Positions 45,092 through 58,050 of a stretch of DNA of 64,000 nt are shown one piece after another. How positions within the stretch are numbered: the first letter of the stretch is position 1; every line of letters starts with the position of its first letter. The notes beneath the pieces were generated by a model. The model worked only from the letters and a program-made list of their open reading frames with translations, was not told the origin of the DNA and made no database searches. Source of the stretch: Squalus acanthias (Eukaryota); the NCBI GenBank assembly GCA_030390025.1, contig CM059432.1:24678001-24742000 (forward strand). Direction: 5' to 3'. The translations under genes and the position numbers were made by a program.

Positions 45092-46547
45092 GGGGGTGAT
45101 TTTCTCACTGGAGGCGGGTTTCGGCTTGGGTGTGTCTGAAACTCGCTTCCACTGATAGTTTTCAAAAAATTGAGATTTTCCTATGATTGGCCACTTGATT
45201 TCAGAGGTGTGGGATGCCCTTGCTCAATTGGTGTTTTGGGACTGAAACTCGCCTCTGTTGACAGCACTTTTCCAGTCTGATTTTATGGCTTCTTGCTCCC
45301 TTGGCTCATTCCACAGCATTTCTGCTTCTCCTGCACCACCTCCAACATCTTTTGAGATACGTATATCCAATTCCAAGGCAAGGGCCTACCCGAGGCTCTC
45401 AGATGAGGCGTTGCAAATGTTGATTGAGGGGGTGAGAGCTAGCAGGGAGGTGCTCTTCCACTCATCTCGGAGGAAGAGGCCTCCCAAAGAAACCAAGCCT
45501 GTGTGGGTACAGCTGGCAAGGGATATAAGCTCCAGATCTGTGTGTAGATTGGGAGACTGTTTCGGTGTATTGATGAAATGCCATCCCTATTGGAAAGCAT
45601 TAACATGATTTGATGCCAAAATGTTGGCGTTATGCCATCTGTTACTTAGCCTTAGGCAGCTCCACATTGCGGGCAACGCCACACTTGCGTTGTCAGGTTG
45701 GTGGCCTGACTGAAAGGAGGCCAGAGAGTCATGTCCATTGTCAATGAAGTCCTAGCATGGAGCCAAGGACATGTGCCAACTTGGCCAACTTATACAAATC
45801 TGGCCATGATAAGTTCATCCCTTGCATCCCTGGCAGCCATGTGCTCGCGTGCTGCCACTGCCGCTGGTCGAAACACCGGCGCTCTGACCTCCTCCTGCTC
45901 ATCCTCCTCCTGCTGTTCCTCCTCCTCCAGATCCTCCTCCTCCTCCTCAGCTTCCTCCTCCTCATCCTCATCCTCATCCTCATCTGAGGTCCAAGGTGAA
46001 AGGAAATGAATGTTTCCCATTCTGCTTGCAGATGCCTCCTCTGGGGAAGCGCTCATTGTAAGCGGGGCGAGGGTCTTCACAGGAGGTCCCACAGTTGATG
46101 GAGTCAAGCTGCAGCACCTCCGACTTCGGAAGGCCTTCTAAAAGTGCTCAGAGACCTGTTAAAGCCAAGGTCTGGCACCTGCAAGTAGTCCTTGCTGCAG
46201 TGAACGAGGTCTTGTTAGACCTGCAGCAGTGAGGAGGCCACCCACGAGTCAACCCGCCAGGTTTACCTGGCGTGGTTCAGAAGTTGCGTGAAGCATGCCG
46301 AAATGATGGGAAATTCACCTGGGCCTCTCAAAATAGGCTTAGAGAGGCACTTAACAAGCATTTGCAGAAGTTAATTAACGCAATGGCCAGCTGGAGGCGG
46401 GAGCGTTTCCCGACCTCCAAAACCGGCACCGGCAAAATCCCACGGAGGCGGGTTGGAGTCGGGTTTCGAACCCGACCTCATTGATTCTAATTTTCCCGCC
46501 TTTCCCAACTCCAAACCCGCCTCCTCCGGCATCAGAAAATTGCCCCC
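45092..46547. mobile_element. Internally deleted Harbinger element
   Basis: TIR GGGGGTGATTTTCT / AGAAAATTGCCCCC; TSD TAA; Myb/SANT remnant PRLSDEALQMLIEGV on +; acidic tail and AARDARDELIMARF on -. Confidence 0.8.
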
Positions 46548-49500
46548 TAAGAGTAAGGCTTGCACCCATGATCTCTCTGCCTCATACAAACAGTGAGGAC
46601 CAGGAAAAGACCCTGTGTATCACAATATATACATGTGATCTCCTGGGAGTGACAAAAATTCAGATAAAAACCCAGGCCAATTTGGGCAGAAGAAAATCTG
46701 GGAAATTCCTCTCTGACCCCACTGGTCGATCGAAACTAGTCTAGGAATCACTCTGGCCCTGATAATTCTATGCTGTACCTACCTTTTGTACGAGGGGATC
46801 TTCGCCCCAGCCAGAAACGGGTCCAACTCTCGCTTGTAGAAATTCAATGAAATGGCGTCCACCACATGAGCCAGTAGCTTGTTCCAGAAGCCCACTATTC
46901 TCTGGGAAAAGAACCACCTCCTGACATCTAACCTAGACCTGGCCTTGTATAACTTAAAATTGTGACCCCCTGGTCCGCCCTAACCTATTTAATTGGAAGA
47001 AACTGTCAACTCGAACGCAATCTATTCCCTTCATCAGCTTATAATGCTCAAACAGATTACCCCTATGTCTACACTTCTCTAAAGTGTAGAGTCCCAGCTC
47101 TTTTTACCTCAGAGGCAAGCACTACTACTGAGCCAAGGTTTGACACCAGATAATTGTGCTCCGTCATTTATTTCTTGCTTTGAGGTCTTTTTAAACCTTC
47201 AATGCAATCAAGTTAACCATAGGTTATTGACAATTTGATTGGCTGAAAATAGTGTTTGAAGACAGTTTTTAAGCCAATCAAAGGCCAATTTAGAAAAAAA
47301 AACAAATGAGCTGTGGAAAGCAGGAGGGAAAAGAAAAAAGGCCATTACAATGTTTTAAATTTACAAAGATTAGGAACAAAATATCATATAAAGTAGAATG
47401 GGATATAGCCTGGAAGTTACAGTATGCAGACTAGCATTTAATGAGTTCCAATGACGGTCCTATGTCGGCCATTTTAAACTTCTGCTAAAACATTAGACAG
47501 AGGAATGTCAGACAAATGTATTAAACATCTGACTCCGGACATCACTGTCAGTAATTTCATTCCTTATATTTGGGAAAGTAGTGAAAATTGAGAATGCAGA
47601 AGAAAGAATAAGGAAAGAGGCAGGAAAAGCAAAAGCACAGTGTTTGATATTTTGAATTTATTAAAGACCACTTTTTAAGGGTTCGTTTTCCATATATGTT
47701 CTCACCTGAGGTGGAGCTTCACCCACCGCAAGTGCATATTGGAAATTCAGCCATGAAGGTCAGTGGGCCAGATTTTGTGTCAATTCCAATTAATTCGCTT
47801 GACAGGAGCATATATCTGTAATTTGATTGCATAGGCGGGAAAGTGGATGGCAAATCTTCCAGGGCACACTGACCTCCCTGCCCAATCTCTAGCTATGCAC
47901 TCCCAGTGGACAAATTAATTTTAATGAGTAACGAGTCCTGCTTAAAATTCACTGAGCTCCAGGCCCAGATTGCTGACATGCACTCCTAGCAGATGAGAAA
48001 GGAAAATTTTGCAGGGCTGTGGGGAAGGTGCAGGTGAGTGGGACTAATTGGATAGCTCTTTCAAAGTGTTGGTACAGGCAGGATGGGCTGAATGGCCTGC
48101 TTCTGTGTCGTATGATTCTACGAAGCTCCACATGGGAGGTCAGATTTGTAAAACCCATCCTTTTATGTTTAGTTTTGTATCCATGGTTAATAATACAGTC
48201 CTGACATTTAAGTACGTTTTTGCTAATGTTAGGTCATGTGACCTGAGCAATTAAAATTCCAGTCAGCCTAGGGAGACAGGCCTTTCCCTGGACCTGCCAA
48301 CAGTTTAAGGGTTAATGCCTAACTCTCAGCCATCAATCTCAAGAGACCTGTATGAGAGAACTGTCATCACCTAATCCACAGCAAGGAATACACAGCACTG
48401 AAATGGAACCAAATGCCAAAACAGACATCAGAAATAAACACTTTGTCACTCAGCAGTGGTAATGCACAGTGGGAGACATTTAAATAATGGTTTGAAAATG
48501 ACAGATTTATTGATACCACATGAGAATCTAAGTCAAAAATCTCCTGGAAGAATATCAGCATAATGTTGGAAGGAAGAATAGGCTGTAATTAATGTATACG
48601 TGTTAGATGTAATTTAATGATTGAATAAATTTCATTTCAAAATAGATATTTTATTGAGTCACTACTTTCTCATATTTGAATTGAAAGATCTATATCTACC
48701 ATGTTTCCCCCTTCTATTTTCCTCTGGAGGTGCTGGGTATGGTTCCTGAAGTAACAGAGTATGGGGGAGTTTGGCTGCCAGCTGTTACCTTGCTAACGTG
48801 ACAAATTCTACATGGCTGACCGTGGACAGTTAGTTGTTGGCAGGCTATTCATGTGTGTCGGGCATCACAGTGAGCCCAAAGCGGTCCTCACCCGACATGC
48901 ACATACACACGATTTCCAGCAGAGGTCACTGGATAGCAGTCAATAGTGGGAACCTGGGGTAATTTTTCTTTCCCATGCCTGCCAATTCCACCACTGCTAC
49001 CCTTGGCTGAGATGAGCTGCCTCAGTACAAACCGGGAGAATTGAACCCGGGACCTCTGTGTTCTGTGTGGCTCAGAGGCTTACCAAGAGATGCAGTTTTC
49101 TGTTAATCTTTGCAGGATACTTATTTTCTTTGTTCAGATAGGGTGGGCTATTTTCCCTGAATTGATAGTAAGTCTGGCTATCTCCAAGTTAGTTAACTTG
49201 ACAGGAATGTCTTTATCCTGCATTTGTATGGAAACAAAGTTTGTTCTTTTTATTTTTTATGATGTTAAAGCCATTAACAAACATATGATAAAAAGACGGC
49301 AAGACGACAAAGTGAGGTCATATATTCTCACAGACCAAGAAGGTTCCAGTTTTGATCCTTATTCTTTGCTGAAATATCTCAGCTCAGTTAAAGTGTCAGT
49401 AGGGATACTACAACAAGCCTAGTAAGCATTGAGTTAGAGAGGATAAAACTCAGCCAAAGGTCCCACTCTTGTTGGATATCCAACAATTTCTACTGGACGT

Positions 49501-50493
49501 TCTTGATCTGTATAGTGAGTAACAGAACAAGTTGATGCATTTATCATCGAGCCATTATGGAAGCCAATAACCTGTACTTAATGAACAGTGGCTCGAGTGA
49601 AGGATTTCTGATGAATGGGAGTTCTGACAGTACTCGGTCTCTATTAGGGAACACTGCTGAAGGCTTTTTCCTCTTTCCGCATTTTCTGAAGTTGTTACGA
49701 GAGGGGGAAATTTACGACTCCACACTGTTCATTCCTGGGAGCATTTACTGTTTACTTATGATCAGATGAATAATTTATATTCTGTCGTTAGCTGAAGCAA
49801 ACTACAGAGCAAAGGGACTGTGAAGGTCCGTCACCATTACTTATAGAATGCCTATTGGGTGTGATTTCAATCTGCTGCCACTGCTAATCAGCCAGGAGAT
49901 ATTGTACCAGCATGACAAGTACTACTCAGTCTCTTCTTCGACCATATCCCAAGACATGGCGCTCATTTTATGCAGTTCAGAAGGCTAAAGGGGGTAAACT
50001 CAAAACTAATCTGTGGTAATAATATTTCAGTGAGCGAGTGGTCAATCTAGTAGAACAGACTCTACAGGGCGAGAGTGGAAACAGTCAGTATTGATACATT
50101 CAAATGCAAATTAGATAGGTTGCTTTCAGAAAATAACATTTTGGGATACAGTATATGAGTAATTTGAGATATATGGTAAGTGTACCATGCTTGGGAGGAA
50201 GAGATGAATTTGGACCTAGAAATTCGTCAAGGGCTGCAATGGAACTGAATATCAGACGCTGCGTATAAAGGGCGGCCGGTCCGATCCAGCAGTGTTCCCT
50301 AATAGAGACCGAGTACTGTCAGAACTCCCATTCATCAGAAATCCTTCACTCGAGCCACTGTTCATTAAGTACAGGTTACAGGTTATCGCCCGTTTTGCGT
50401 CACCAGCTGAGAGGAATTTCGAGGCCATGGTTCCTAAAGCTCTCCACCACTGGAGTTTTCTTTCTGTTGTTTCTGAGTCTGTTGTAGAGTAAC

Positions 50494-50940
50494 AGTGTCA
50501 GCTGTGGCTCAGTTGGTAGCACACTTGCCTCAGAGTGGGTTCAAATCCCACTCCAGGGACTTGAGCACATAAAGGCTAGGCTGACACTCCAGTGCAGTGC
50601 TGAGGGAGTGCTGCACTGTCAGAGGTGCCGTCTTTTAGGTGAGACATTAAACCGAGGCCCCGTCTGCTCTCTCAGGTGGATGTAAAAGATCCCATGGCAC
50701 TATTTCGAAGAAGAGTAGGGGAGTTATCCCCAGTGTCCTGGCCAATATTTATCCCTCAACCAACAGAACAAAAAAAAAACAGATTTTCTGGTCATTATCA
50801 CATTGCTGTTTGTGGGACCTTGCTGTGCGCAAATTAGCTGCCGCGTTTCCCACTTCAAAAGTACTTCATTGACTGTAAAGCGCTTTGAGATGTCCGGTGG
50901 TCGTGAAAGGCGCTATATAAATGCAAGTCTTTCTTTCTTA
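50494..50940 (+). mobile_element. Full-length tRNA-headed Deu-type SINE (SacSINE1-like)
   Basis: A box tggctcagttgg, B box ggttcaaatcc, central domain aaaccgaggccccgtctg..gtaaaagatcccatggcact, L2-like tail gctatataaatgcaagt(cttt)n. Confidence 0.8.
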
Positions 50941-53074
50941 ATTGTTAGTGATTTATTGCTATGATTAGTCAACAACTCCAATAATATTTATATCATGTGA
51001 TGACCAGGATAGTAAAAGACCAACTCGATGGACCTTGGTCTTTCATCATCTAGCAATTCCAATGTTCCTATGAAAGACCCTGCCAGGAACTCAACCCAAT
51101 GCCAACCAGCCACAAGTTCTGTATTCAACAGATTGAGCCACTCGACATTTTGAAACAAAATTAAATCTTTGTCAAAAGTGGTTCACTGAGTGAAATGAGG
51201 ATTTTATTTTGACTGGAGTCATTACTGTACCTCAGAAACTGGCCAGGAAATGATAGGGGAGGGACAGTGACTCCAATTTCTCATTTAAAACAGAGCTCGC
51301 CATTCTCAGTAATGTATGGTTATTACTGAGCCAATTCCTCATATCAAATACACTTATTTGTTTTTGTTCTGACAGTTTGTCTGTGCAAACTGTTTGCAAA
51401 GTAAAGATTTTCAGCTCCTCGGGGAAGGGAGGGGGGTTACTGGGAGCAACTGTCAGTCATGGTGAACAAGGGAAGTCCATGCAATGATAATCTCCTATAG
51501 AAACAGGAAGGATTTGTGGATGGTGAGTGATCTGAATGTTCAGCAGGGAGATACAGGTGAATCCTACAAATTGGAACATTTGTGGTAATAAAGCCCAAGG
51601 GGACAATGGGGGTAATTCTCACCTTGGGTGGTGAACTGGCGGAGTGGATCATCTGCATTTTATAGACGCCTGTTCATTTTATTCCCTTTGAAATGACTGT
51701 GTCAGCTACCTCGGAAACTTTTCTAACTGGTACACAGCAACAGAAATAACATGCAAGTAAGTCAACAAATATATCAAAATACAAAAAATCTGATGATAGA
51801 CTGCAATAAATCTGAAGACCTTGGGATCCCCTCATGGGAAACCTCCAGTTTGAAAATCTGTAGGTCAGATAGATATTCTGGAATTTTACTCAATTAACTT
51901 TTGGAGATTAGGGAGAAATTATTGAGATATTTGTCACATGAGAACTGCCCAATATGGTACTGAGCCACAGGGCCCTAAGTTTAATCTCTGATCTGTGCTG
52001 AGTTCACTGATTTGAGACAGGGCTGCAATTCTGATGCTACGATTCATTGTAATTTTCAATCATAAACCAACCAGATAGTTATCCAGTTCATTTTTGGAAA
52101 TGCAAACAATTTACTTCAGAGCCACGGGGCTAATGAAGGGGAAAAGTCAAAGAGGGTCTTCATTGATACCCAATGATCACTTTGTGGACTTTGTGCGAGA
52201 AGGTGAGAAGACTCAGCTGTGATGCCCCACAGGTGTTGATTAGCCTGCTGAAGTTTACTGTCTAGGTTCGCACACGAAAGCTAGCCGCTTTGACACAGCA
52301 CTATTGGGTTGCCTTTGTCCATGAAACCATTCTCCAGGATGAGTCCGTGTCTCACAGATGAAAGAAAAAAAAACTGGGATTGCAGCAGAAAATTCAGATG
52401 GTTAGGCCTATCGCAGCCTCTGCTCCGACTGGGATTTCTCTCCCCCTGTCCCCGATTGAGCTATCACTGGTAGCATGCAAATGGAAAGTGGGTGACACTT
52501 GGGTCCCCAGTGGATTTTTTCATCCCAGTTACCGCTTCCTGGGGTCGTTATATGGAAAATGGTTGTTGGCCCCAGGAAATGACGGTAAAGGCCCATAATT
52601 ACCCCCATGGAGTGAGAGGACCTTGTAACAGTGGCCTCTCCCTCCAGTCAGCCCCAGAGACTTACCTGCTGTGGCCTATGTTTCAGCCAAAGCTTTCATT
52701 CGGAGCTATCCTTCCTATCTTCGAGCCATTTCTTCCCATTTAAAGTCTCTTGCTGATTCTTCTGGTGCTGCAGACTGGAGAGAGGAGTAGGAATAACTAA
52801 ACTGTTGTCCTAACAGATTTTAATCATCCAATTATCGATTGGGGCAGAGAGGAGTAAATGGAGAAAAGGGAATGGAATTTCTAAAATGTGTGCAGAACTC
52901 CTTCCTCAAGGCTGACAAGAGCAGAGGCCTAACGAGATGTTTTTGTGAGTAATGAAATAGATCAGGTAGATAAATGTGGGTGAACACCTTGGGAGTAGTG
53001 ACCACAATATGACATGGGTTAAGTGCATAGGTCCCTGAAGGTGGCAGGACTTGGGTTTCATAAATAGAGGTATT

Positions 53075-53853
53075 GGGCTGGATTTTCATTGACCCGTGGA
53101 GGCGGGTTTGGAGGTGTGTGGGGGGTTAAAATTGCGAAAAGTGGCGGGCGGACCCGATCCCGCCTCCATTCCGCCTCCACGCAATTTTGATGAAATCGAG
53201 TGCGGTGGTCCCGTCTCCGTCCCGCCTCCGAGAGGCGGGAGAGGCCATTAAAGCCCTTAACAAGCCCTAAATTGGCTCTGTAATGCCATTTTGATACTTT
53301 TTAGCTAGTTTAACCCTTTTCCCACGTGAAGCACGCCTGATCTGAAACACGCCAGTGAAACCTGGCGGGAGCACATTTGGATAGCTGACTATTAGCTGCA
53401 GGTCCACTATTACAACAGAGATGTGATGAAGGTAGGAGTAGTATGAGGTCTGAAAGTCGCCTCTGATTCTGCTGCATTGAAGGTCTTCAGAGACTGCCTG
53501 GCCTGGCCTTTGCTGTGAGAGGACCTGGATGCAAAAAATTCATATTCTCGCTCTCTCTCTCTCTCTCCCTCTCTCCCTCTCCAGATAGAGATGTTGCTCA
53601 TTTTGCATCCAGGTCCTCTCACAGCAAAGGCCAGGCAGTCTCTAAAGACCTTCAATGCAGCAGCAATGATGACATCATCAGAGGCGACTTTCAGACTGAA
53701 ACCACTAATTGGTTCATGGGTTCCCACATGCTGGAACTCAATTGCCCAATTAGGTGAAAATTGCATCAATCTCCCACATCCAATTGCAGTCGGGTGATAA
53801 CACGAAATGCGGATGACACGATCCCAACCCGCCCCAGTATCAAAATCTAGCCC
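53075..53853. mobile_element. Harbinger-type MITE, same family as 44363-45072, inserted in CR1
   Basis: TIR GGGCTGGATTTT / AAAATCTAGCCC; TSD ATT; CR1 reads through aaatagaggtatt|gagtacaaaag. Confidence 0.85.
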
Positions 53854-53856
53854 ATT

Positions 53857-56800
53857 GAGTACAAAAGTAGAGAAGTTATGCTGAACCTTTATAAAGCGCT
53901 GGTTAGGCCACAACTGGAGTATTGCATCGAGCTCTGGTCACCACACTTTAGGAAGGATGTGAAGGCCCTGGAGAGGGTGCAGAGGAGATTTACCAGAATG
54001 GTTCCGGGGATGGGGGATCTTAGCTACAAGAACAGGTTGGAGAAGCTGGATTTGTTTTTATTAGAGCAAAGGAGGTTGAGGGGTGATTTGATAGAGTTGT
54101 ACAAGATTATGACGGGTTTGGATAGACTAGACGGGGAAAGGCTGTTCCCACTAGTTGATGGTACAAGGACTAGGGGACACAGATTTAAGGTTTTGGGCAA
54201 GAGATACAGCGGGGACGTGAGGAAAATCTTTTTTATGCAGCGAGTGGTGAGGACCTGAATTTGCTGCCGACGGAAGTGGTTGAAGCAGAGACACTCAATA
54301 TTTTCAAGGGGAGACTGGATAGGCACTTGAGGGAAATAAACTTGCAGGGCAACGAGGATAGAGTGGGGGAATGGGACTGACTGGATTGCTCTACAGAGAG
54401 CCGGCACGGACTCGATGGGCCGAATGGCCTCCTTCTGTGCCGTATGACTCTATGACTATGAAAGGGAAAAAAGTCAGTACAAAAATTAGAACACCAGATT
54501 GGATTAAGACAGATTTTGGAAAGATGAGAAGTAAGTTAGCTGAGGTGAAGTGAAAAGATAAATTGGCACACAGTGCATCAGTGGCATGTTTTGTTAAACA
54601 ACATAAAGGTATTGCAAAGATACAGAATTAATATATTCCATTAAAAAAGAATGAGACTATTAGTGGTTTCTGGACGCCATGGATAACTAAGAGTTTAGAA
54701 ACCAATTAAAATTGAAGAGGGCCGATAAGGACTATGAGAATAATAATGAAAACACAGATGGAGAATTTGAGAAAATATGTAATGAGGTTAACCAAAGGAT
54801 AAGGAAATCAAAAAAAGATTGAGGAAAACATTTCAAAAACATGGAAAGGAAGAGTAAAGTATTTTACAAGTGTGAAGAGAATTATTAAAAGCAAGGTGAG
54901 ACCCCTGAGATGAGAGCATTGTTATTTTGTAGATGATGATCAAAAAACTGGCTGAGGTATTTAATAAATGCTTCCCATCGATCTTTACTAACGAAAAGGA
55001 CATCAGAGGGGAGGTGAATTCTGAAGTGGTTGAGAGCGAGATGAGCGATTCTATGATGGCTGAAAGAACATTTTTAGATAAATTAGGCTAAAAGAAGAAA
55101 AAGTGCCAATGGCTGACGGGATCCATACAAGGATTCTGAGGGAGTTGAGGGTGGAAATTGCTGAGGTCTTTTGAGTGTGGGAGTGTGCCGGAGGACTGGA
55201 GAGTGGCCACTGCAGTACGCATTTTTAAAATGCAAGGCAGAGCTAATCCAGGTAATTCCAGGCTGGTTAGCTCAACAACAGTGATAGAGAAAATTTTTGA
55301 AATGTTAGCAAATAGCCAGCTGTCCCAATTTCTTTCCACTAATGTTAAATTTAATGTTTTAGGCACCGCAGGAGTGAAACTTTCCACATGAAGGCAATAA
55401 CATGCAGGCAAAGGCTCCACTTCCTCTGATTACAGAACAATTTGGAGCTGGCAGTATAACCTGAATCGTTCAGCTTCACCTCATTATAAACAGGTACCGG
55501 TCCCAAACCTGCACCTGTTATATACCTATAAAAAGTAAAAAGATAATTAAAGGAATGGTGGAACCGGTTAGGGACAAAAAGGGGAAATCTTCTTGTGGAG
55601 GCAGAGGGCATTACTGAGGTACTGAATGCACTTTTCTTCGCAAAAGAGGATGAAGTTAATGCTGCAGTAGAGGAGGGGAGAGCAGAGATATTGAATACGA
55701 TAGAAATCCAGTCCAGATGGGATGCATCCTAGGATGCTGAGGGAAGCTACAGTGGAGATAGCAGAAGCTCTGACCACAATCTTTCAATCCTCTTTGGATC
55801 TGGGAGTGGTGCCAGAGGACTGGAGGATTGCAAATGCTACATCCCTGTTCAAAAAAGGGGAGAGGGTAAACCTAGTAACTATAGGCCAATCAGTCTAATG
55901 TCAGTGGTGGAAAAACTACTAGAGACCATTGTCAAAGACAAAATGAATTCTCACTTGGAGAAGCATGGGTTAATAACGGACAGCCAGCACAGATTTGCTA
56001 AAGGCAAATCATGTCTGACGAACCTGATTGAGTTCTTTGATGAAGTTACAGAGAGGGTTGATGAAGGTAGTGCAGTAGATGTTGTATATAAGGACTTTCA
56101 AAAGACATGTGTTAAAGTACCACATAACAGACCTACACGGAAAATAGAAGTACATGGAATAAAGGGAACAGTGGCAGCGTGGATACGAAATTGGCCAAGT
56201 GACAGGAAACAGAGAGTAGTGGTGAACGATTGTTTTTCGGACTGGAGGAAGGTATACAGTGGTATTCCCCAGGGGTCAGTATTAGGACCACTGCTTTTCT
56301 TGATATATATTAATGACTTGGACTTGGGTGTACAGGGCACAATTTCAAAATTTGCAAATGACACAAAACTTGGAAGTATAGTGAACAGTGAGGAGGATAG
56401 TGATAGACTTCAAGAGGACATATACAAGCTGGTGGAATGGGCAGACACGTGGCAGATGAAATTTAACACAAAAAGTGTGAAGTGATACATTTTGGTAGGA
56501 AGAACGAGGAGATGCAATATAAACTAAAGGATATAATTCTAAAGGGGATGCATGAACAGCGAGACCTGGGGGTATATGTGCACAAATCGTTGAAGGTAGC
56601 AGGGCAGGTTGAGAAAGTGGTTAAAAAAGCATACGGGATCCTGGGCTTCATAAATAGAGGTATAGAGTATAAAAGCAAGGAAGTTATGATGGACCTTTAT
56701 AAAACACTGGTTCGGCCTCAACTGGAGTATTGTGTCCAATTCTGGGCTGCGCACTTCAGGAAGGTTGTGAAGGCCTTAGAAAAGGTGCAGAAAAGATTTA

Positions 56801-58050
56801 GAAGAATGGATCCAGGGATGAGGGACTTCAGTTACGTGGATAGACTGGAGAAGCTGGGGTTGTTCTCCTTAGAGCAGAGAAGGTTGAGAGGAGATTTGAT
56901 AGAAGTGTTCAAAATCATGATGGGTCTAGACAGAGTAGATAAAGAGAAACTGTTCCCATTGGCAGAATGGTCAAGAACCAGAGGACACAGATTTAAGGTG
57001 ATTGGCAAAAGAACCAAAGGCGACATGAGGAAAAACTTTTTTACGCAGCGAGTGGTTAGAATCTGGAATGCGCTGCCTGAAAGGGTGGTGGAGGCAGATT
57101 CAAGCGTGGCTTTCAAAATGGAATTGGATAAGTACCTGAAGGAAAAGAAATTCAGGGAAAGGGGAAAGGGCGGGGGAGTGGGACTAGCTGAAGTGCTCTT
57201 GCAGAGAGCCAGCATGGGCTCGACGGGCTGAATGGCCTCCTTCTGTGCTGTAATCATTCTATGATTCTATGATTCTATGAAATGATGCAATTTGGAAGAA
57301 ACAACATGGAGAGGTAGTATAATCTAAATGGTACTATATTGAGGGACGGTGCAAGAGCAGAAATGACCTGGGGGTGCATATTCACAAGGTGGAAGGTGGC
57401 AGGGCAAGTTGATAAGGCGGTTAAGGAAGTACGTAGGATACTTGGTTTTGTAAATAGGGGCACTGAATACAAAAACAAGGAAGTCATGGTAAACCTTTAC
57501 AAATCACTGGGTAGACCGCAGCTGCAGAATTGTGTACAATTCTGGGCACCAAACTTCAGAAAGGATGTCAAGGCCTTGGAGAGGGTGCAGAGGAGGTTTA
57601 CCAGGATGATACCAGGATGAAGGACTTCAGTTATGTGGAAAGATTGGAGATGCTGGGATTGTTCTCCTTAGAGCAGGGAAGTTTAAAGGGAGACCTAATA
57701 GAGGTGTTTAAAATTATGAGGGATTTTAAGAGAGCAAGTAGAGAGAAATTGTATTATCTGGCAAGTGGGTCAGTAAGCAAAGGTCATAGATTTAAAATAA
57801 TTGGCAAAAGAACTAGAGGAGAAATGAGAAATTTATTTTATCAAGATCTGGAACACACTACCTGAAAGGGCAGTGGAATCAGATTCTATAGGAACTTTCC
57901 AAAGGCACTAGGGCATGTACTTGAAGAGGACTAATGTTTTGGCTTATGGGGAAAAAGCTGGGATGTGGGACTAAATTTGGCAGCTCTTTCAAAGAGCCGG
58001 CATCGGCACGACGGGCCGAAAGGTTTCATTCTGTGCTGTACGATTCTATG
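53857..58050 (+). mobile_element. Cluster of tandem/nested CR1 fragments; best preserved ~55520-57278
   Basis: Repeated CR1 RT and C-terminal motifs; tails at ~54445-54460, (attctatg)n 57256-57279 and ~58043-58051. Confidence 0.85.

Noticed and set aside
48720..52370. LF-SINE-like relics (~48720-49075, ~49330-49600, ~51955-52370)
   Set aside because: Too decayed to assign a family or boundaries by eye
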